From a bacterium (lineage in GTDB: Bacteria; Zhuqueibacterota; Zhuqueibacteria; Oceanimicrobiales; Oceanimicrobiaceae), in contig JBBIIG010000002.1 of NCBI GenBank assembly GCA_037446635.1, positions 1 to 64,000 of the forward strand: DNA of 64,000 nt, given 5' to 3'. Numbering within the stretch: the stretch's first letter is position 1; each line of letters starts with the position of its first letter. Of this stretch, positions 59,390 through 64,000 are shown in pieces. Under the pieces are notes generated by a model. It made no database searches. It had not been told where the DNA came from and worked only from the letters and a program-made list of their open reading frames with translations. The position numbers and the translations under genes are program-made.

Positions 59390-62300
59390 TCAATTAGCGG
59401 TTGGCTCGATGGCTTGCGCCGCCTCCGTTTTGGGCCTGGCAATATACAGCGCCGTCAGCTTCTTGAAATACTCGCGCATGTCATCGAAGATGGTGTAGGC
59501 CCAGGGCACGGCAATCAGCGAGAGCATGGTGGAAGTGAGCAAGCCGCCGATGATAGTGCGTCCCATGGGCGCGTAGGGGATGCCGATCATCGCGGCGTTG
59601 CCGACGGCCATGGGCAGCAGGCCGCAAATCGTGGTGAACGCCGTCATTAAGATCGGGCGGAAGCGATGTTTGCCGGCTTCGATGATGGCGTCGTGGCGGC
59701 TCAGGCCTTCTTTGCGCAGGCGGTTGATCAAGTCGATGAGCACGATGGCGTTGTTGACTACAATGCCCACTAAAATCACAAAACCGATTTGGCTCATGAG
59801 ATCGATGGGCGTGCCGGTGAGGTACATGATCCAAAACGCCCCAAAGAACGACAACGGAATCGACAGGATGACCGAGAGCGGCAGCACAAACGACTCGAAC
59901 AGAAATCCCATAATCAAAAACACAAAGGTGATGGAGAGAATCATGGCGAATTTCACGCTCTCGTTGCTTTCCTGCATGCGGCGGAAATTTTGCCCCAGGC
60001 TCCAGGTGTAGCCATACGGCATCTGAAAGCCCTGCATCACCGCATTGACTTTGCGGAATAAGCCGGCGCGGTCGTCCGTGGTGGAATTGCCTTTCACCAT
60101 CAGAAAGGTTTTGCCGTTCTCGCGGCGGATTTCGCCAACCCCTTTTTGAATCGAAAAGCTCGCCACCGCGTCCAGCGGGATTTCTTTGCCAGAGGCGGTG
60201 AAGAAAGTGAGATTTTTTAACTGCGAGAGATTCTGGCGGTCTTCCTCACGCAGTTGAATGCTGACGTCGATCTCTTTTTCCTCGGTGTGATATTTCGGCA
60301 GCGGGAAGCCGCGCAGCGCGTACTGCACGGTGCCGGAGATGGCGGTGGGCGAGATGCCGTACTTTTTGGCCTGCTCGCGCTTGATGTACAAATGAATTTC
60401 ATCTGCGCCCTTTTCGCGGTCGTTTTCAATGCTGACGATTTCATCGATGGTGCGCAGCCGGCGTTCCACTTCTTTGGAAAGGGTCATGAGAGTGTTGGTG
60501 TCGTCGCCGTAGAGCACGATGGCCACCGAGGCGTCATCGCCGCCTTCCTGGCGCCAGGTGGTGCGCATCTCCACGCCGGGAAATTTCGGCACCCGTTTCT
60601 TCACATCTTCAATCACCGCCTCGCGGGCCAGCACCCCTTCCGGCATCAAACCGATTTTCTTGGCGATGTTTTCGTAGGCGATTTCGTACCAATCTTTTTT
60701 GGGCGTCGGCTGCAGGAACACCTGCAGGTTGCCCCAGTTGGCGCTGTGGCGCGCGAGGATGGTGCGCACACCGTACTTTTCGCTTTTGACGCGAATGGTG
60801 TCGGCGGCGATTTTGAGGAGACGCTCGGCGTCCTCCATGGTGTAGTTATCCGGCATGTCGAAGATGAGGCGAAAATCGTTGATGTTGCCGTGGGTGTCTT
60901 TTTTGTATTTGGCGTGCGAAGCGGCAAACTGGATGGAGGCCATTGCGAACACTAAAATCACAAACATCTCCATGCGGTGGCTGATGGACCAGCCGAGGAG
61001 GCGCTGATAAAAATTATTGCTGCGGATGATGACGGCTGGCTCCTGCACTTTCTTTTTGGAGACGATCTTGGTGGCGGCCAGCGGAATAAAGATCATCGCC
61101 ACCAACAGCGACGCCAGCAGCGAGATGATCACCGGCAGCCCGATGCGCATCATGTAAAAGCGAAACCCGATGTCGTCGTTCATCAAAATCATGGGCAGAA
61201 AGACGACGACGGTGGTGAGGGTGGCGAGGGTCACCGCCATAGAAACTTCGCTGGTGCCGCGCAGCGCCGCTTCCTGTTCGGTCAGTCCTTCGGCGCGTTT
61301 GCGGTAAATGTTTTCCAGCACCACGATGGAGTTGTCCACCACCATGCCCACGGAGATCATCAACCCCATCATGGTGATGACGTTCAACGTCCAGCCCATG
61401 AAATAGAGCACGGTGAGGGTGACCAGCAGCGACAGCGGAATGGCGAGGTTCACAATTAACGTCATTCGCAGCCGCCGCAGGAAGAAGTACAGCACCACAA
61501 ACGCAAACATGCCGCCCCAGAGCGCGCTGCGCTGTAAATTCTCAACCGATTCCTCAATGTACTGGCCCTGGTTGAACAGCATCTCCATTTTGAAGCCGCT
61601 CAACTTGGGGTCGTGTTGGAAGCTTTCCTCGAACGCGCGGGTGACCTGTTGGCATAATTCCACGGTGTTGGCTACCGATTCTTTGAAGACGCCGATGGTG
61701 ATCGCTTTTTTATCGTCGATGCGCATGCGCCAGCGCCGTTCGGGCACGTCGTATTTGATATCGGCGATGTCCTTCAAGCGCAAGTTGCTGCCGCGCACGG
61801 GAAGATTTTTGATGTCGTCGATGTCTTCGAACTTGCCGAGGGAGCGCACAAAAATTTTGCGGTCGCCCTCCATCACGAAGCCGCTGGAGATGGCGAAGTT
61901 GTCGCGGCGCAATTGCTGGATGACTTCGTAGAGGTTGACTTTGTAGCTCTTCACTTTGTCCTGATTGATGTGCACCAGTACCGACTTTTCCTCGGCGCCC
62001 CAGATTTCCACTTTGGCCACGCCGTCGATGCGCTCCAGCGGTTTTTGAATGTGCTGCTCCACCAACAGGTAGGGATCGTCGTGGGGCTCGCTTTCGATGA
62101 GGGCGATCCACATGATGGGATCGTCGTCGTCGCTCCATTTGCGCAGGTAGAGCCGCTCGATGTCTTCCGGCAGCTCGGCTTTGGCGCGGTCCATGCGGTC
62201 GCGGAGCTGGGCGTAGGCTAAATTCATATCCGTGCCCTGCGCAAATTCGATGAACGTCCAGCAGCCGTTGGTGCTGCTGTTGGTCTGGATGCGCCGCACG

Positions 62301-62548
62301 CCGCTGATGGTTTGAATTTGCTCCTCGATGGGCTTGGCGATTTGCTCTTCCACTTCCTGAGGATTGGCGTTGGGATACGGCGTCCACACTCCTAAAAACG
62401 GCGGCTCGAAACCCGCGGGCAGCAATTCCACCGCAATCTGTTTGAAGGCAATGAATCCCACCACCAAAAGCGCGGTCAAACACATCACCACGGTCACCGG
62501 GCGGTGGATCGAGAAACGGGCGAGGAGGCTGGTTTTTTCGTTCGGCAT
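59390..62548 (-). CDS. RND (AcrB/MdtBC-like) efflux permease
   Basis: GMVVDNSIVVLENI, GIVVNNAIVL and RFRPILMT motifs. Confidence 0.93.
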   Translation of the reverse strand: MPNEKTSLLARFSIHRPVTVVMCLTALLVVGFIAFKQIAVELLPAGFEPPFLGVWTPYPNANPQEVEEQIAKPIEEQIQTISGVRRIQTNSSTNGCWTFIEFAQGTDMNLAYAQLRDRMDRAKAELPEDIERLYLRKWSDDDDPIMWIALIESEPHDDPYLLVEQHIQKPLERIDGVAKVEIWGAEEKSVLVHINQDKVKSYKVNLYEVIQQLRRDNFAISSGFVMEGDRKIFVRSLGKFEDIDDIKNLPVRGSNLRLKDIADIKYDVPERRWRMRIDDKKAITIGVFKESVANTVELCQQVTRAFEESFQHDPKLSGFKMEMLFNQGQYIEESVENLQRSALWGGMFAFVVLYFFLRRLRMTLIVNLAIPLSLLVTLTVLYFMGWTLNVITMMGLMISVGMVVDNSIVVLENIYRKRAEGLTEQEAALRGTSEVSMAVTLATLTTVVVFLPMILMNDDIGFRFYMMRIGLPVIISLLASLLVAMIFIPLAATKIVSKKKVQEPAVIIRSNNFYQRLLGWSISHRMEMFVILVFAMASIQFAASHAKYKKDTHGNINDFRLIFDMPDNYTMEDAERLLKIAADTIRVKSEKYGVRTILARHSANWGNLQVFLQPTPKKDWYEIAYENIAKKIGLMPEGVLAREAVIEDVKKRVPKFPGVEMRTTWRQEGGDDASVAIVLYGDDTNTLMTLSKEVERRLRTIDEIVSIENDREKGADEIHLYIKREQAKKYGISPTAISGTVQYALRGFPLPKYHTEEKEIDVSIQLREEDRQNLSQLKNLTFFTASGKEIPLDAVASFSIQKGVGEIRRENGKTFLMVKGNSTTDDRAGLFRKVNAVMQGFQMPYGYTWSLGQNFRRMQESNESVKFAMILSITFVFLIMGFLFESFVLPLSVILSIPLSFFGAFWIMYLTGTPIDLMSQIGFVILVGIVVNNAIVLIDLINRLRKEGLSRHDAIIEAGKHRFRPILMTAFTTICGLLPMAVGNAAMIGIPYAPMGRTIIGGLLTSTMLSLIAVPWAYTIFDDMREYFKKLTALYIARPKTEAAQAIEPTAN

Positions 62549-62568
62549 GTTTTTATTCCCTGATTACG

Positions 62569-62602
62569 ACGTGAAACGTGAGATGTGAGACGTGAGACGT
62601 AA
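62569..62602. repeat. Heptamer tandem repeat (ACGTGAG)n downstream of the four-helix-bundle gene
   Basis: ACGTGAA ACGTGAG ATGTGAG ACGTGAG ACGT. Confidence 0.8.
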
Positions 62603-62613
62603 AAAGATAAACA

Positions 62614-62976
62614 TCATTTTGTTCGCTTGATTAAGTTACTGATCATTGCAAAAAGATGATTCATAATGTCGCCTAATGGTTTGAGCGATTCTTCTGTGAA
62701 GTAGCTCAATTTCAAAGCGACTTCCAATTGTGTGTCTATTTCAACCAGAGACGATCGCGAGATTTCAAAAAAACGATTTCTCTCAACTGGCGACACGCGG
62801 GACGCGCCTTCGGCTATATTTGAAACAACAGAAACGGCGGCACGCCGCAGTTGGTTAGTCAGGCCATATATTTCGGATTTCGGGAAGTTTTCGGTAACGC
62901 GATAAATGTTTAGAACAAATTCAATCGCCAATTTCCACACATCCAATTTCTTATGTTTTAGACTCAGCATCTCCAT
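62614..62976 (-). CDS. Four-helix-bundle protein (23S rRNA IVP/bAvd-like family)
   Basis: LDVWK, FPKSEIYGLTNQLRRAAVSVVSNIAEG and SLVEIDTQL motifs. Confidence 0.92.
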   Translation of the reverse strand: MEMLSLKHKKLDVWKLAIEFVLNIYRVTENFPKSEIYGLTNQLRRAAVSVVSNIAEGASRVSPVERNRFFEISRSSLVEIDTQLEVALKLSYFTEESLKPLGDIMNHLFAMISNLIKRTK

Positions 62977-62998
62977 ACCTCCTTTGGTTTTGTTTTCT

Positions 62999-63068
62999 TC
63001 ACCTCTTACGTCTCACCTCTCACCTCTCACGCCTCACCTCTCACCTCTCACGCCTCACCTCTCACGCC
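62999..63068. repeat. Heptamer tandem repeat (TCACCTC/TCACGCC) x10 upstream of the four-helix-bundle gene
   Basis: Ten 7-bp units; the last overlaps the stop codon of the upstream RND gene. Confidence 0.85.
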
Positions 63069-64000
63069 CTTCTATCCACCAACGAATACACCGTCGGGAT
63101 GATCACCAGCGTCAAAACCGTGGCGCTGATGAGACCGACGATCACCGTGATGGCCATCGGGGTGCGGATTTCCGCGCCGTCGCCGAGGCCCAAAGCCAGA
63201 GGGAGGAGTCCGAGTACAGTGGTGGCGGTGGTCATCATAATCGGGCGCAGCCGTACTTTGCCGGCTTCGATGATCGCCGTCACTTTGTCGAGGCCGCGCT
63301 CACGCAAGCGGTTGATGTAATCCACCAGCACGATGGCGTTGTTCACCACAATTCCGGCAAGAATGATCAGCCCCAAAAACACCATGATGCTGACTGGCAT
63401 CTGAAAGAGGAACAGAAAAAGAATCACCCCAATCAGCGCCAGCGGAATCGAAAAAATAATAATGAAAGGATGGATGATGGATTCGAACTGCGACGCCATC
63501 ACAATGTAAACCAAAAAGATCGCCAGCGCCAGCGCCAATTTCAGGCTGTCGAGGGAGGTCTGCATTTCTTTGTTTTGCCCGCCCATGTTGTAGGTGAAAT
63601 CGTCGGGCATCTCCAGCGTGCGCAAAATTTGAAAAATATCGGCGGTGACGCTGCTCAAATCGCGGCCGCTGATGTTGGCGGAGACGACGGCCGTGCGCTG
63701 CTGGCCGATGCGGCGGATTTCCGCCGGGCCTTCTTTGATTTTTATATCCGCGACCGCCTCCAGCGGAATCGGCACCGGCGCGCCGGGATTGACCACCAGC
63801 CGCCGCAAATGGTCGATGCTCTCGCGGTCCGCTTCCCGCAGCCGCACTAAAATATCGATCTTGCGATCCTGCTCCTTGAATTCCGTGGCCACGTCGCCGC
63901 GCACTTTGTTGCGCACAATCGACGCCACGTCAAAAATGTTGAGATTGTATTTCGCCAGCAGCGGGCGATTGTAATAAATCTGCACCTCCGGGTTGCCGCG
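63062..64000 (-). CDS. RND efflux permease (5'-truncated by the window edge)
   Basis: MASQFES, GIVVNNAIVLVD and RLRPIMMT motifs. Confidence 0.9.
   Translation of the reverse strand, partial: RGNPEVQIYYNRPLLAKYNLNIFDVASIVRNKVRGDVATEFKEQDRKIDILVRLREADRESIDHLRRLVVNPGAPVPIPLEAVADIKIKEGPAEIRRIGQQRTAVVSANISGRDLSSVTADIFQILRTLEMPDDFTYNMGGQNKEMQTSLDSLKLALALAIFLVYIVMASQFESIIHPFIIIFSIPLALIGVILFLFLFQMPVSIMVFLGLIILAGIVVNNAIVLVDYINRLRERGLDKVTAIIEAGKVRLRPIMMTTATTVLGLLPLALGLGDGAEIRTPMAITVIVGLISATVLTLVIIPTVYSLVDRRA

Noticed and set aside
62614..62976. Diversity-generating retroelement (Avd-like gene)
   Set aside because: No reverse transcriptase or TR/VR pair is in the window; differences between giant-gene repeats do not look adenine-specific.
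1..64000. tRNA, rRNA or riboswitch genes
   Set aside because: None was recognised in intergenic regions by eye; a tRNAscan/Infernal run is needed to exclude them.

Overview
Gene-dense chromosomal window from a Gram-negative bacterium. PorV-family genes, T9SS/FlgD-like C-terminal domains and many families of short palindromic repeats suggest an FCB-group lineage such as KSB1/Calditrichota-like (inference only). 1-5 kb: CTD surface protein, PorV and a GH9 glucanase. 5-26 kb: housekeeping genes (yjbQ, thiL, pdxA, ftsEX, hrcA-grpE-dnaJ without dnaK, comEA, a pilin/PilM/PilN-O-like trio, rsmD-coaD-pta, an aminotransferase). 26-42.4 kb is the most unusual locus: a TPR protein, a stand-alone Ig domain, a 2,520-aa Ig-repeat surface protein, a PorV-TPR fusion, a membrane sensor fusing an RsbW-type kinase, HAMP, PP2C phosphatase, an IS481-transposase-like tandem HTH and TPRs, and a STAS protein carrying the same HTH. 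Then obgE, dprA and glnS. 46-64 kb is an accessory region: VOC/AraC genes, an M14 carboxypeptidase with a separately encoded propeptide-like lipoprotein, duplicated Uma2 genes, toxin-antitoxin relics, and an RND pair with a repeat-flanked four-helix-bundle gene between them. No rRNA, tRNA, CRISPR or intact transposase was recognised. All family calls come from motif recognition by eye, not database searches.
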